DNA of 64,000 nucleotides, from assembly GCA_963772835.1 (NCBI GenBank), contig CAVYYZ010000008.1:160001-224000 (forward strand), written 5' to 3'. The notes beneath the pieces are model-generated. The model searched no databases. It worked only from the letters and a program-made list of their open reading frames with translations, and was not told the origin of the DNA. Shown here in pieces: positions 1 to 10,535 of the stretch (its first letter is position 1; every line of letters begins with the position of its first letter). The stretch comes from an uncultured delta proteobacterium (lineage in GTDB: Bacteria; Desulfobacterota; Desulfuromonadia; Geobacterales; Pseudopelobacteraceae). The position numbers and the translations under genes are program-made.

Positions 1-148
1 ATTGGCAGCTATCGTTGATGGCAGACCTGACCTGTTGAGAGTCAATGCTGATGGATCAGCGGCTCAATCCTCGTGCCGGTCGTTGAAGAAACTCGCATGG
101 ATGCAAAAGCGTCTGTCCGCAAGCAGCTTTACATCTTTCTGGCCGTAG
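1..148 (+). CDS. 3' end of McrB-like AAA+ GTPase (partial)
   Basis: Frame 2 reads ...CRSLKKLAWMQKRLSASSFTSFWP* (TAG 146-148), a C-terminal motif typical of McrB-like proteins that precede DUF2357 McrC-like genes. Confidence 0.7.
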   Translation, partial: LAAIVDGRPDLLRVNADGSAAQSSCRSLKKLAWMQKRLSASSFTSFWP

Positions 149-161
149 CCGGTGCTTTACT

Positions 162-2525
162 GTGCCTGAAGTAGTCAGGATACATACCGCTGAATGGAAT
201 CTTTCTGTCTGGACGAAGAATATAAGTGTTCCGACCGCTCGTCTTGCGTTAACTCTTGAAGCCAGAGGAAAAGAACTTCCTGCTGGTGCAGTCCACTTGT
301 TTCCCGCTCTGAAAGTTTCCGGCGTCATCCCCGAACCAATAAATTCCATTGATGAAAAAATAGCTGAATTATCTATTCCAGAACCGGTTTTTTTCGAAAA
401 CCGACTCTATGAGTTTGAATTTCAGTTTTCCGGCAGCAGTTCAGCCGCCTGTCCCGAAATCATTCACTGGCGCACCGATGTAGTAGATGCCTTCCACCCG
501 TCAGGAAACAGTCTCAGGGGAAGTATCAACTTCGGCAATGATGTGGGCTGGTTTCGACTGGGGCTGAAGTTTAACAACGGTCAGAAGGAGCAAACACAGT
601 TTTTATCCTTTGAAGTGCTGCCGACCAAGATGGATCTGGCGGGAGACTTTGATCAGATTCACCGGGATATTGATAGTACCTATCCGCTCTGGCGGTTTTC
701 GTTTGCCCAGAAAACCGAGCATGAACTTGCAAAGTCACGGAAACCGCATGAACGTTTTCCGCTTCTCTGGCTGGCATTATTTAAAAGCCTGCGTACGGAA
801 CTTCAGGAAGCTGTAAAACTGATCTGCAGGTCTCCTCATGCGCGGCTTCTCCCGCAGGAGAAATTCCTACGTCCCGACCGTCTTAAAGGAAGACTTACGC
901 CGCGCCTGGAAGAACAGGTGACGGAACAGTGCCGGAACGGGGAAGCCCATCGCCGTCACAGGATAGAGACCCGCCGACTGTCGGTTGATACGCCTGAGAA
1001 CCGATTTGTGAAAATGGTGATAACCCGCTGTGTGAAGGAGATATCAATATTCAGTCATAGAGCACGATTGAATAATGCCGTGCCGGACAGAGAAAAACTC
1101 AGTCGGGCTTTTTTTGATGAGTTGGAGAGCTGGCAGAAACCCCTTGAGCAAAGGCTTGCAGAACCCCTGTTTCGTGAAGTCAGCAGTTTCAACGGATTGT
1201 CAGGGGAGTCTCTGGTACTTCATCACAGAGCCGGTTATGCAAAAGTCTACCGAATCTGGCAGGAACTGAAGCTGTATCTTGACCTGTTCGGTCGTCAGGC
1301 AGCAATCTCGATGAAGTCGGTATCAGAGCTGTATGAAGTATGGTGTCTGCTTGAGATGCGCCGCATGCTGATCGATCTGGGTTTTATTGAAGTGGAATCG
1401 CGTAAAGCTGCATTACGGACAAAAGGTCTGGAAAAGGATCTGGTAGACGGCATGGGCACTGCATTCCGCTTTATAAGGCGTGACGGGCTGAAGATCCGTC
1501 TGGCCCATGAACCGCCGTTTTCCGTTACGAACAAGCCTGATGCCAGAGGCATCTACTCCTGGACAACCCCCCAGAAGCCGGACATTCTTCTTGAAGCATC
1601 TTTTCCTGACAACAGCAGGATCAGATGGATCTTTGATGCAAAATACCGGATTGCCTCTGAAGACGGCAATGATGACCTTATTCCCGATGATGCAATCAAT
1701 CAGATGCACCGTTACCGTGATGCACTGATACATCTGTCCGCCGGGGATGACGGTGTTACAGAAAAAAGCCGTCCAATTGTGGGAGCATTTGTGCTCTATC
1801 CCGGATGGTTTGATGAAGAGACCGGTACAAACCCGTATGCTGCAGCTGTTGAGTCTGTCGGCATCGGAGGGTTCCCGCTTCTGCCGGGACGTGACAACCT
1901 TTGGCTAAAGTCATTTCTGAAAGAGAAATTCGGGGATACTGTAAGAACATTAGCGCTTGATGCTGACGAACATCGGCTGCATGAGTCAGTCAGAATTCCG
2001 CCGACCGGCCTGAAGCTTGAACAGTACAGCGATCTGACGCTGGCCGCCTCGCTCGGCGGCATAGCCGGCAGAGACAGGGGGTATGTCAACCGGTTTCTGG
2101 AAGGTACTGCCGGCTGGTATCACCTGCCGGTCAGCACTCAGGAAAACAGAAAAATCCCCCGGTCAGTCATGCGGGAAGTTCGATTCTGTGCGGTTTCAAT
2201 CCATCAGCCCGGCGCGCATGACCGGCTGATCGAATACCTTTATGACGTCAAATCGCTCAGGCTGGTGAAACGCTGCAACCTGACGGTCGAACAGGCCGGA
2301 AGCCTGGCACCGGGAAATGATAACGAGTACTGGCTGTTTGAACTCGGGCCGGCTCGACAGCTCTCCAGTCCTATACAAATCGGAGGCGTCCGCCCGTTCC
2401 GTTTCCGCCTGACTTCCGCAAGCGGGATGCTGGTCGGGAAACCCTGGCAGGAACTGGAGGACCGGTACACGGGTGTAACCGGCAGGGTATCAACACGTGC
2501 GTCGGGAGGATCGCCGATATCATGA
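162..2525 (+). CDS. McrC-like DUF2357 + PD-(D/E)XK nuclease protein
   Basis: DTPENRFVK and LYEVWC motifs (DUF2357); KPDILL...FDAKYR...AINQMHRYRDAL nuclease motif; directly follows the McrB-like gene. Confidence 0.85.
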   Translation: MPEVVRIHTAEWNLSVWTKNISVPTARLALTLEARGKELPAGAVHLFPALKVSGVIPEPINSIDEKIAELSIPEPVFFENRLYEFEFQFSGSSSAACPEIIHWRTDVVDAFHPSGNSLRGSINFGNDVGWFRLGLKFNNGQKEQTQFLSFEVLPTKMDLAGDFDQIHRDIDSTYPLWRFSFAQKTEHELAKSRKPHERFPLLWLALFKSLRTELQEAVKLICRSPHARLLPQEKFLRPDRLKGRLTPRLEEQVTEQCRNGEAHRRHRIETRRLSVDTPENRFVKMVITRCVKEISIFSHRARLNNAVPDREKLSRAFFDELESWQKPLEQRLAEPLFREVSSFNGLSGESLVLHHRAGYAKVYRIWQELKLYLDLFGRQAAISMKSVSELYEVWCLLEMRRMLIDLGFIEVESRKAALRTKGLEKDLVDGMGTAFRFIRRDGLKIRLAHEPPFSVTNKPDARGIYSWTTPQKPDILLEASFPDNSRIRWIFDAKYRIASEDGNDDLIPDDAINQMHRYRDALIHLSAGDDGVTEKSRPIVGAFVLYPGWFDEETGTNPYAAAVESVGIGGFPLLPGRDNLWLKSFLKEKFGDTVRTLALDADEHRLHESVRIPPTGLKLEQYSDLTLAASLGGIAGRDRGYVNRFLEGTAGWYHLPVSTQENRKIPRSVMREVRFCAVSIHQPGAHDRLIEYLYDVKSLRLVKRCNLTVEQAGSLAPGNDNEYWLFELGPARQLSSPIQIGGVRPFRFRLTSASGMLVGKPWQELEDRYTGVTGRVSTRASGGSPIS

Positions 2526-2620
2526 GCAACCATATCCAGGCCAAAGGTGCAACGCCGGATTCCGCCCAAGGAGTGATGAGTTTTTGATGCACATATCATC
2601 CAGACAAATCGAGTGCTGAC

Positions 2621-4072
2621 ATGACCATAACCCGCAAGAGAATATTCATCAGCAGCGTCCAGAAAGAGTTTTCCCAGGTTCGCCGGGATCTCAAGGCGTT
2701 TCTTATGGGAGATGCGGTTCTGCGACGCTTTGTTTCGGACGTCTTTTTGTTCGAGGAACTTCCGGCACGGGACCAGCGTGCCGATACGGTCTATCTGGAA
2801 GAGGTCGAACGGTGCGACATCTATCTGGGCATCTTCGGCTATGAGTACGGTTTTGAGGATGCAGACGGTGTTTCTCCGACAGAGCGTGAATATGATCATG
2901 CCGGCCGTCATGGCAAACCCCGACTGGTATATGTCTGGGGTTCCGATGACAAACAGCGCCACCCCAAGATGCGGCAGCTTGTCAGTAAGGCAAGCAATGA
3001 GCTGATCCGCCGCCGTATTGAAGATGCCAGCGCTCTGACTGCCGAGGTCTATGCAAGTCTCGTGGACTATCTCGACACCAGCGGTGCACTGCGGGTGCCC
3101 CCCTTCGACACATCTCCCTGTGAGGAGGCAACCCTGAAAGACATATCCCGCAAGCGGGTTGAGTGGTTCCTGGATACCGCCCGCCGTGAACGCGGATTTC
3201 CGTTGAAATCAAACACCAGTACCCAGGCGCTGCTGACCCACCTTAACCTCTTTCATGAGCACAAGCCCACCAATGCCGCGATCATGCTCTTCGGCAGCAA
3301 CCCGCAGAAATTCCACCGTACTGCCGAAACCAAGTGCATGCATTGCCGGGGCACGGAATATCGGCGCCCATTTGTTTCGATGCAGGTCTATGGTGGTGAT
3401 CTTTTCGAGCAGGCAAACCTTGCCCGCGATTTTGTTCTCGACCGGATTGACCGCGCTGTCGGCGTCAGGGATGTCAGCATTACTGCGCCTGCGACCTATG
3501 AACTCCCTCCCGATGCCGTGGGCGAAGCCATCGTCAATGCCATTGCCCACCGGGACTATCACAGCAATGCCTCTGTTGAGGTTCGACTGTTTGCTGACAG
3601 GCTCGAAATCTGGAATCCTGGTTCGTTGCCTGGCACCCTCACCATGGACAGCCTCCGGCATGATCACCCGTCAGTGCCATTTAACCCGCTTCTGGCCGAG
3701 TCGCTCTACCTGGCCCGCTATATTGAACGCGTCGGTTCCGGCACCCAGACCATGATCGAACTCTGCCGGGAAGCCGGACTGCCGGAACCGCAGTTTGAAC
3801 AGCGAGAGGGGTTTTTTGTTACAACCATCTGGCGTGACTGGTTGACTCCGGAAATTCTCGCCGGTATGACCCTGAATGAGCGGCAAATATTAGCGGTGGC
3901 GTATCTCAAAACAAACGGCAAAATTTCTAATAAGGAATATCAGCAGGTTACCAATGCAATTAAAAAGACATCTACCCGTGATCTGAACGATCTTAAAGAA
4001 AAGGGAATCGTTGAGCAGGTTGGCACAAAAGGACCGAGCGTTCACTATGTGATCAGAAAAATAGGGACATAA
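2621..4072 (+). CDS. DUF4062 domain + ATP-binding/RecG C-terminal (HATPase_c_4) + wHTH protein
   Basis: N-terminal RIFISSVQKEF...YLGIFGYEYG...SPTEREY (DUF4062); EAIVNAIAHRDY...LEIWNPG...IERVGSG; C-terminal HTH (ISNKEYQ...TSTRDLNDL). Confidence 0.85.
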   Translation: MTITRKRIFISSVQKEFSQVRRDLKAFLMGDAVLRRFVSDVFLFEELPARDQRADTVYLEEVERCDIYLGIFGYEYGFEDADGVSPTEREYDHAGRHGKPRLVYVWGSDDKQRHPKMRQLVSKASNELIRRRIEDASALTAEVYASLVDYLDTSGALRVPPFDTSPCEEATLKDISRKRVEWFLDTARRERGFPLKSNTSTQALLTHLNLFHEHKPTNAAIMLFGSNPQKFHRTAETKCMHCRGTEYRRPFVSMQVYGGDLFEQANLARDFVLDRIDRAVGVRDVSITAPATYELPPDAVGEAIVNAIAHRDYHSNASVEVRLFADRLEIWNPGSLPGTLTMDSLRHDHPSVPFNPLLAESLYLARYIERVGSGTQTMIELCREAGLPEPQFEQREGFFVTTIWRDWLTPEILAGMTLNERQILAVAYLKTNGKISNKEYQQVTNAIKKTSTRDLNDLKEKGIVEQVGTKGPSVHYVIRKIGT

Positions 4073-4127
4073 TAGGGACAATTGGGACATGGTTCTGATA
4101 GGGACATAATAGGGACAATAGGGACAT
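4061..4127 (+). repeat. 30-bp direct repeat, each copy containing three GGGACA units
   Basis: ATAGGGACATAATAGGGACAAT(T/A)GGGACAT at 4061-4090 and 4098-4127, 1 mismatch. Confidence 0.85.
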
Positions 4128-4250
4128 ACCCGATTTACGCCATAAATACGCCAAATGGGCCATAGTAACATGAAGCAGTCATGCGTTCAGGTGTGTTGAA
4201 CCCGACATAAGCCCACAAACCCTCCATTGGGTATCAAAGGTGGTATCATC

Positions 4251-5261
4251 ATGAAAACTGGCAGAAATGATCCCTGCCCTTGTGGCAGCGGTCTCAAATA
4301 CAAGAAATGCTGCGCCGACAAAGATGACGCAAGTGAACACCAGCGCGTCATGGGGCCGGTCATGGACGAACTGAAGGAATTACTCAAGGGCAAGAGCTTC
4401 GGTTCGCTGGATGAGGCCAACGCCTTTCTGCGTCAGCACAACCAGCAACGTAATCAAGCACCCAGCGACGATTTCCACGGCCTTTCTCCGGAACAGATGC
4501 ACCGGTTTCTGCACTTCCCGTTTGATACACCCTATCTGATTGCCTTCCCGTCCAGCCTCGACAGCCATCTGCAAGCCCCGATCCTTTCCCTGCTCAAGCT
4601 TTTGGTAGACGGCATCGGCGATGACGGTCTGAAGACCACCACCACCGGCAACCTGCCACGAAACTTCTGCCGGGAGTCGGCCCAAAGTTATTATGGTGAA
4701 GAGGAATACAAGAGAATATCCCGGTTCGGCGAACTGAGAACAGAACCGGAATTCAGGGTAATGCATACAACCCGGCTGGTTACCGAACTGGCCGGATTGA
4801 TCAGAAAATACAAGGGGAAATTTATCCTCAGCAGAGAGTGCCGGAAACTGCTGGCAGAACAGGGACAACCCGGCATCTACTCGCGGCTGTTCAGGGCCTT
4901 TGTCAGGGAATACAACTGGGCCTATCAGGATCACCTGGGAGAAATTGCCTTCATGCAGCAGTCATTTCTGTTCAGTCTCTATCTGATCTCCCGATATGGT
5001 GGTGAGTGGCGGAGCAGTATCTTCTATGAAGACAACTTCCTGCAGGCCTTTCCCAACCTGCTCCCGCAGGTACAGCCGGTCGGCAACTATTATTCGCCAG
5101 AGCAAGTGGTGCGGCTCAGTTATTCAGCCCGCTGTCTGGAACGGTTTGCCCGATTCTTTGGGCTGGTAGAAATTGAACGTAGCGGAAATGACCGCTATTC
5201 AGAAGAGTTCAGGGTGAGGAAATTGCCGCTTCTGGATCAGGTCGTCCAGTTTCATCTCTGA
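4251..5261 (+). CDS. SEC-C metal-binding motif domain protein
   Basis: [22 protein letters not shown]-terminus; start taken at ATG 4251 after AAAGGTGG. Confidence 0.8.
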   Translation: MKTGRNDPCPCGSGLKYKKCCADKDDASEHQRVMGPVMDELKELLKGKSFGSLDEANAFLRQHNQQRNQAPSDDFHGLSPEQMHRFLHFPFDTPYLIAFPSSLDSHLQAPILSLLKLLVDGIGDDGLKTTTTGNLPRNFCRESAQSYYGEEEYKRISRFGELRTEPEFRVMHTTRLVTELAGLIRKYKGKFILSRECRKLLAEQGQPGIYSRLFRAFVREYNWAYQDHLGEIAFMQQSFLFSLYLISRYGGEWRSSIFYEDNFLQAFPNLLPQVQPVGNYYSPEQVVRLSYSARCLERFARFFGLVEIERSGNDRYSEEFRVRKLPLLDQVVQFHL

Positions 5262-5268
5262 GGTCATT

Positions 5269-6522
5269 ATGGTAAAAAAGAAAAAAACGGCTGATTCACT
5301 GGTTGACTTGCTGGAGGCGGCCAAGCCTGAGACGCTGATTAAATTGATTGCCGAGCTTGCGGAAGATCGGCCCGATGTTCGTCGCGAATGCTTTGACTAC
5401 CTGAAGAAACACGTCTCACTCACCCCTGCCCAGAAGACACGGTCGGAAGGCGAGATAGTCATGGCCCTTTGGTGGGAGTTGTCTCCCGACCTGGAGGAGC
5501 TCGACGATTGCGGTGGCGGTGACTACGGGACAGAAGATCATGTTGCAGACCTGCTGGACGAAATCCGGAAAAAACTGGTCAATTCAAAGGTTGAAGAACA
5601 GGTTCGTCGGGAACTTCTTGATGAAGTGCTGCCGTTCATCAAGAGCGGCAATGCCGGCTTGGATGATCCGCTTTATGATCTGGCCTATGCAACCTGCTAC
5701 AGTGATGAGGATTGGCGCCGTCTGGCACAGATGCTGGAAGCAATGAACAAGGATTGGCCGACCGATCACGCCCGACGGATTTATCGCAAACTTGGTGACC
5801 GGGCGAAATATCTGGAGTTGCGGCACAAAAAACTGGTGTACGGTGGCGACTACTATGATCTGGCCACTTTCTACTGGGACGAGGGCAACCGCGAGGAGTC
5901 CCTGTCGGTTGCTGAAGAGGGAAAGAAGAAAGGCCAGGGGCGGATGGATGAACTGCGAAAGTTCCTGTCCGACCGCGCCCGAGAGGGGGGCAACCGGGAA
6001 CAGTACCTTGCCCTCCAGTTCGAGCAGACAACGGATCATCTTACTCTGGCAAAATACACTGCCTTCAAAAAAACCTGTACCGCAGAAGAGTGGAAGATTC
6101 ACGAGCCCAAAATAATTGAGCGGCTGGATAAGGCCTGGTCCTCGGAAAGCCTCAAGATCAGGATGCAGCGTAAGGAATACGATCAGGCGGTAGCGATACT
6201 GCTCAAGGACAAATATCCCCGCTATGCCTGGGATTCAGGTGATGAACTGAAGACAGCAAAACAGCTGGAAGAGCGTTTCCCCGAACAGATCCTGACCTAT
6301 TATCTTTCAGGGCTCGGCAACCTGAACAATAATGCAACCCGCAAGGAATATACTGAGCGGGCCAAGGTCATGCTCAAGGTCAGGCATATGCTGGTGGATG
6401 TCATTAAGGACGAATCCAGATGGAAAGTTTTTGCCGGCAAGGTTAAGCGTGAAAACCTACGCCGACCGGCATTCCAGGAAGAATTCGGCAAGGTAATCGC
6501 AGGCTGGCGGGAACTTGTCTGA
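5269..6522 (+). CDS. hypothetical alpha-helical protein (resembles the helical region of SWIM-associated proteins)
   Basis: 417-aa ORF 7 nt after the previous gene; ends in RRPAFQEEF. Confidence 0.7.
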   Translation: MVKKKKTADSLVDLLEAAKPETLIKLIAELAEDRPDVRRECFDYLKKHVSLTPAQKTRSEGEIVMALWWELSPDLEELDDCGGGDYGTEDHVADLLDEIRKKLVNSKVEEQVRRELLDEVLPFIKSGNAGLDDPLYDLAYATCYSDEDWRRLAQMLEAMNKDWPTDHARRIYRKLGDRAKYLELRHKKLVYGGDYYDLATFYWDEGNREESLSVAEEGKKKGQGRMDELRKFLSDRAREGGNREQYLALQFEQTTDHLTLAKYTAFKKTCTAEEWKIHEPKIIERLDKAWSSESLKIRMQRKEYDQAVAILLKDKYPRYAWDSGDELKTAKQLEERFPEQILTYYLSGLGNLNNNATRKEYTERAKVMLKVRHMLVDVIKDESRWKVFAGKVKRENLRRPAFQEEFGKVIAGWRELV

Positions 6523-6582
6523 GGGCACAATCCCTATCGACTCGCCCTTGTCGACGACTGTCGTGATTTGTCGTAAATCGGA

Positions 6583-7389
6583 TTATCTGTCAGAAACCTG
6601 CAACTCTATCACCAGCTTTTTGTCATACTGCGGATTGGCCTCTACATCCTTGTAGCCATAAGGGTTTACCACCACCCGGGTTTTGCCGAGTGTGTAGTCG
6701 AACGAGTTGTGCGTATGGCCGTGAACCCAGAGATCCGGGCCAAGGTCGATAATATCGTTGGAAAGGTCGGTCATGAAGGCGCAATTGAGGCTGTCACCCC
6801 GGAACCGCTGATGAATCGACAGTGGTGAGACTCCATGGTGTGTCACCACGACCGTCTTCTTGTCGCCGGCGGTTGCAAGTGACTCGAAGATAAAGCGTTT
6901 CGATTCCTGGAACAGATCGACTGTCTCTTCCGGCATGAGCCGTGTTCCATCTGCCTTTTTGATTACGGCAAAGTCATTCATGTTCTTCCGGGCGTTCTGC
7001 ATCTTGAAGAAATCCTTCCCCAGAAAATCCGTCCAGAGAGTTGCTCCGATGAACATGATGCCGTTGATGTCGACGGACTCGTTTTCAAGAAAATGGACAT
7101 TTTTGGGAATCGACAGCTTGGTTTTCAGCTCCTGGATGCGCCCAAAGAAGTCGTTGTGGTAGAAAAAGTGATTCCCCTCAATATAGATGACGGCATGGAA
7201 GCGCTTGGCCAAGAGGCTGATTACCTTGAGCCAGGTTTCCTGCCGGTGGGCCAGTCCGATGTCCCCGGCAACCAGGGCAACGGTCTCCTTATCAGTCGGC
7301 AGCGGCGGGACCACCATGTCCAGAATGCGCGGGATCTTGTTGGGCGGCCAGAATTCGGCATGGAGATCTGAAAAGGGGCGGACGATCAT
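6583..7389 (-). CDS. metallophosphoesterase (calcineurin-like)
   Basis: SDLH, AGD, GNH, VVVTHH, HGHTH and NPYGY motifs. Confidence 0.9.
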   Translation of the reverse strand: MIVRPFSDLHAEFWPPNKIPRILDMVVPPLPTDKETVALVAGDIGLAHRQETWLKVISLLAKRFHAVIYIEGNHFFYHNDFFGRIQELKTKLSIPKNVHFLENESVDINGIMFIGATLWTDFLGKDFFKMQNARKNMNDFAVIKKADGTRLMPEETVDLFQESKRFIFESLATAGDKKTVVVTHHGVSPLSIHQRFRGDSLNCAFMTDLSNDIIDLGPDLWVHGHTHNSFDYTLGKTRVVVNPYGYKDVEANPQYDKKLVIELQVSDR

Positions 7390-7453
7390 GATTCTCTCCC
7401 TGATAATAGTTTCAATGATGAAAAAATAAGGGAGGAATTATACATGAATCCAA

Positions 7454-7487
7454 TAAAAAAAGCACCCACGATTTCTCGTAAGTGCTT
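7454..7487 (-). terminator. intrinsic terminator downstream of tRNA-Phe
   Basis: On the minus strand AAGCACttACGA-gaaa-TCGTggGTGCTT followed by a T-run. Confidence 0.65.
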
Positions 7488-7496
7488 GATATTAAG

Positions 7497-7572
7497 TGGT
7501 GCCCAGGGACGGAATCGAACCGCCGACACGAGGATTTTCAATCCTCTGCTCTACCGACTGAGCTACCTGGGC
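7497..7572 (-). tRNA. tRNA-Phe(GAA)
   Basis: Reverse complement GCCCAGGTAGCTCAGTCGGTAGAGCAGAGGATTGAAAATCCTCGTGTCGGCGGTTCGATTCCGTCCCTGGGCACCA: cloverleaf, GAA anticodon, encoded CCA. Confidence 0.97.
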
Positions 7573-7632
7573 AAAAGGATTTCTCTTATAACTTTATCAC
7601 CGCGCGGTGTCAACAGGAAAGTTTACTAAATG

Positions 7633-8709
7633 TTATGCGGGGTTCTCCCGCTGCATTTTAATCGGGACATAGTTACAAAACGGCTCTTCTTCCATATAGT
7701 CTCCGTGTACAGCATCGGCCCTGGCACGACAACCTCCGCATACGTTGAGGTATTCGCACTGTCCGCATTTCCCTTTGTACGATTTGAAGTCACGCAGGTC
7801 ATTGAACAGCTCTGAACTCTCCCATATTTCCCGGAATGGGGTCTGTTTGACGTTGCCGGCGGTGCGGTGGAAATAGGAGCAGGGTTTCACGTTGCCGTAA
7901 CAGTCTATCAGGCAGATGGACTGGGCCGCGATGCACCCTTTGCCCCCTCCGGTGGAGAAAGTCAGTGAGCGGCGCTCGAATTTGGTTCCTTCGGCCTTTG
8001 CCTTCTGCGGTACGATCCTGTAATAGTGAGGTGCACAGGTCGGGCGCATCAGGATTTCATCTTCCGCCTTTTCCTGCTGATAGTGCCAGTCGAGGATCTC
8101 TTCATAATCCTCTTTCGATATCAGTTCGCTCATGATCTCTTCGCCCCGACCGGTCGGGACGATCATGAACATGTACCAGGCAGTAGCCCCCAGGCCCTTT
8201 GCCGTCTTGAATGTTGCAGCAATGTCTGTCTGGTTGCGTTTGGTAAAGGAGGAATTGATCAAAAACTTCTGCCCGTTTCTCCGGAATATTTCTGCCGCCC
8301 GCACAACTCCTTCAAATGATCCGGGCGACTGGCGAAAATTGTCGTGTACTTCGGCCGTTGAACCATCAAGTGAGAGCGAGACCATTTTTATATCCGCCTT
8401 CTTCATCTTCCGGCATATTTCGTCGGTAACCAGAGATCCGTTGGTCGCCATGCACATCCTGAGGCCAAGCGACGTGCCATGCTCGGCCAGTTCGAAGATG
8501 TCGGGACGAAGGAGCGGCTCACCGCCGGAAAGCACAACAACCGGTTTGGAAAAATCAGCAATATCCTCCAGGAGTTTCTTTCCCTCGATAGTAGTGAAGT
8601 CACCTTCTGTGGAGGTCAAATCAGATGAGCAACGGCAGTGTACACAGTGAAGGTTGCATTTTTGCGTGGTTTCCCATGCGATCCATTTTGGAACAAATTC
8701 TGTACTCAT
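7633..8709 (-). CDS. radical SAM/SPASM protein, AhbD/NirJ-like (alternative heme biosynthesis)
   Basis: [17 protein letters not shown] (CxxxCxxC), [15 protein letters not shown] cysteines [18 protein letters not shown]; start set at MSTEF. Confidence 0.85.
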   Translation of the reverse strand: MSTEFVPKWIAWETTQKCNLHCVHCRCSSDLTSTEGDFTTIEGKKLLEDIADFSKPVVVLSGGEPLLRPDIFELAEHGTSLGLRMCMATNGSLVTDEICRKMKKADIKMVSLSLDGSTAEVHDNFRQSPGSFEGVVRAAEIFRRNGQKFLINSSFTKRNQTDIAATFKTAKGLGATAWYMFMIVPTGRGEEIMSELISKEDYEEILDWHYQQEKAEDEILMRPTCAPHYYRIVPQKAKAEGTKFERRSLTFSTGGGKGCIAAQSICLIDCYGNVKPCSYFHRTAGNVKQTPFREIWESSELFNDLRDFKSYKGKCGQCEYLNVCGGCRARADAVHGDYMEEEPFCNYVPIKMQRENPA

Positions 8710-8939
8710 AGTGCTCCCGTAACGTATTTCAACGATGTTAGTTGCATTGTTCTTCAATTGAAAATCGTACCTGAATGGCCGCGTAAACTCAAGAATATAT
8801 TCCGGCAGCGTGCTGCCGGCTAGATTAGGAAAGCTATAAACAAGCGCTTGCAATCGCGGCAAACGTATAGTAGTATGACGCTCCCGCCGCCATTCGCGGC
8901 GTTTTACGTACATTCACCCTCTCAAGGAGCACCAATTCA

Positions 8940-10526
8940 ATGCTGAGTATCATTCGTAAGCAGAAAGAATCAATAATCATCAAGTTTGTCTTTGTTGTCA
9001 TTGTCCTCTCCTTTGTAGGTACAATTTTTCTCGTGTGGGGAAAGGGAAGTGACGGAATTGGTGGCGGCAAGGGGGGGTATGCAGCCAGGGTAAACGGCAC
9101 GCAAATTTCTCTCGAAGAGTACCAGAACGCATATCAGCGCATCAGAAACATGTATCAGCAGATTTATGGCCAGTCGATTCCCCCCGAAATGGAGAAGATG
9201 CTGGGATTGAAAAAAGTCGCGCTCGATGGGCTGATTGATAGCCTGTTAGCCATGAAAGAGGCCAAGTCGCTTGGAATGAAGGTTTCAAAAGATGATATCT
9301 CCGCCTCTATAGAAGCGATGCCGATGTTCCAGAAAGATGGTAAATTCAATTTTGATCAATACCAGCAGGTATTAAAGTCAAACCGCATGACCGCAAAGGA
9401 TTTTGAGGACGGGCAGGAATCAGAAGTATTGCTCAAAAAAGTTCGCCAGTCGATCAAGGACAAGGTCGTTGTCACCGATGCCGATGCCCTGGCACAGTAC
9501 AAAAAGGAAAATGACAAGCTGGACCTTGAGTATGTGTCCTATGCTCCTTCGGATGTAGCGGCTGAAGTTAAACTGAATGATGCCGACCTGACCGATTTTC
9601 TGCAAAAAAATCCGAATGATTTTAAAACCGCCGAAATGGTAGCCCTTTCGTATATTCTGCTTGACCCGGCTTCTCAGTCGGCACAGACAACGGTATCGGA
9701 AGAAGAGATACAGACATTCTATCAGAAGAACATCGACCGCTGGCAGGGGAAAGACGGTATTCAGCCATTGTCGGAAGTGAAAGAAAAGGTCAAAGCTGCT
9801 GCGATAAAACAGAAGACGGCCAAGCAGCTGTTTGAACTGGCCGCCGATACGTTGTATAAAAACATCAAATCAGGTGATTTGAATCTGATAGCCGGTGCCC
9901 TGAAGCAGAAGGTCCAGGAAACCGGCCTGTTTGGCGCCTCCGCACCTGCCGCCCAGCTGGTTGGCGAGACAGCGGTAATCAAGAAGGCCCTTGAACTGAA
10001 ACAGGGCGAGCTTGGCGGGCCGGTCGAAACGGCAAAGGGCATATATATTCTCAAGGCAAAAGAGCGCAAAGCGGCTGCTGTCCCGGCACTGGCTGAAATA
10101 AAGGCCGCCGTCGAGGGGAAAGCCAAGATCGCCAAGGCGATCGAACTGGCAAAGAAAAAAGCTGACGATGCGGCCAGGCAGCTGTCAACCACTGCAGCCA
10201 TCAAGACTCAGACAACAGGAAGTTTCGGCTTCTCCGCAAAAGGCGATATTCCGGTCATCGGTTCCTCTCCTGAGATTATGGAAGCGGTTTTTAAACTCAC
10301 GAATGGGCAGGCTCCGTCCACACCGTTCAAGGTCGGCACCCGTTGGTACGCTGTACGTGTAAAGAACCGTACGGATGCTTCGAAAGCCCAGTTTGATGCA
10401 ACAAAGGAAGAGTTGAAGAAGAAGATGCTCCCGAAAAAGCAGGAAGATGCATTGACCGAGTGGGCCAAAGGATTGCGTGAAAAAGCGAAAATCGAGATAA
10501 ATCAGGCGCTGCTTGCCGATAAATAG
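8940..10526 (+). CDS. ppiD: PpiD-like periplasmic folding chaperone (SurA N-terminal domain)
   Basis: N-terminal TM anchor, ARVNGTQIS, FQKDGKFNFDQYQQVL, degenerate parvulin region. Confidence 0.8.
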   Translation: MLSIIRKQKESIIIKFVFVVIVLSFVGTIFLVWGKGSDGIGGGKGGYAARVNGTQISLEEYQNAYQRIRNMYQQIYGQSIPPEMEKMLGLKKVALDGLIDSLLAMKEAKSLGMKVSKDDISASIEAMPMFQKDGKFNFDQYQQVLKSNRMTAKDFEDGQESEVLLKKVRQSIKDKVVVTDADALAQYKKENDKLDLEYVSYAPSDVAAEVKLNDADLTDFLQKNPNDFKTAEMVALSYILLDPASQSAQTTVSEEEIQTFYQKNIDRWQGKDGIQPLSEVKEKVKAAAIKQKTAKQLFELAADTLYKNIKSGDLNLIAGALKQKVQETGLFGASAPAAQLVGETAVIKKALELKQGELGGPVETAKGIYILKAKERKAAAVPALAEIKAAVEGKAKIAKAIELAKKKADDAARQLSTTAAIKTQTTGSFGFSAKGDIPVIGSSPEIMEAVFKLTNGQAPSTPFKVGTRWYAVRVKNRTDASKAQFDATKEELKKKMLPKKQEDALTEWAKGLREKAKIEINQALLADK

Positions 10527-10535
10527 GAGACTGAT

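Noticed and set aside
4061..4127. Possible mini-CRISPR
   Set aside because: Only two 30-bp copies 7 bp apart, internally repetitive, with no unique spacers and no cas genes.
7444..7629. 61-aa ORF over the tRNA
   Set aside because: Antisense reading of tRNA-Phe.
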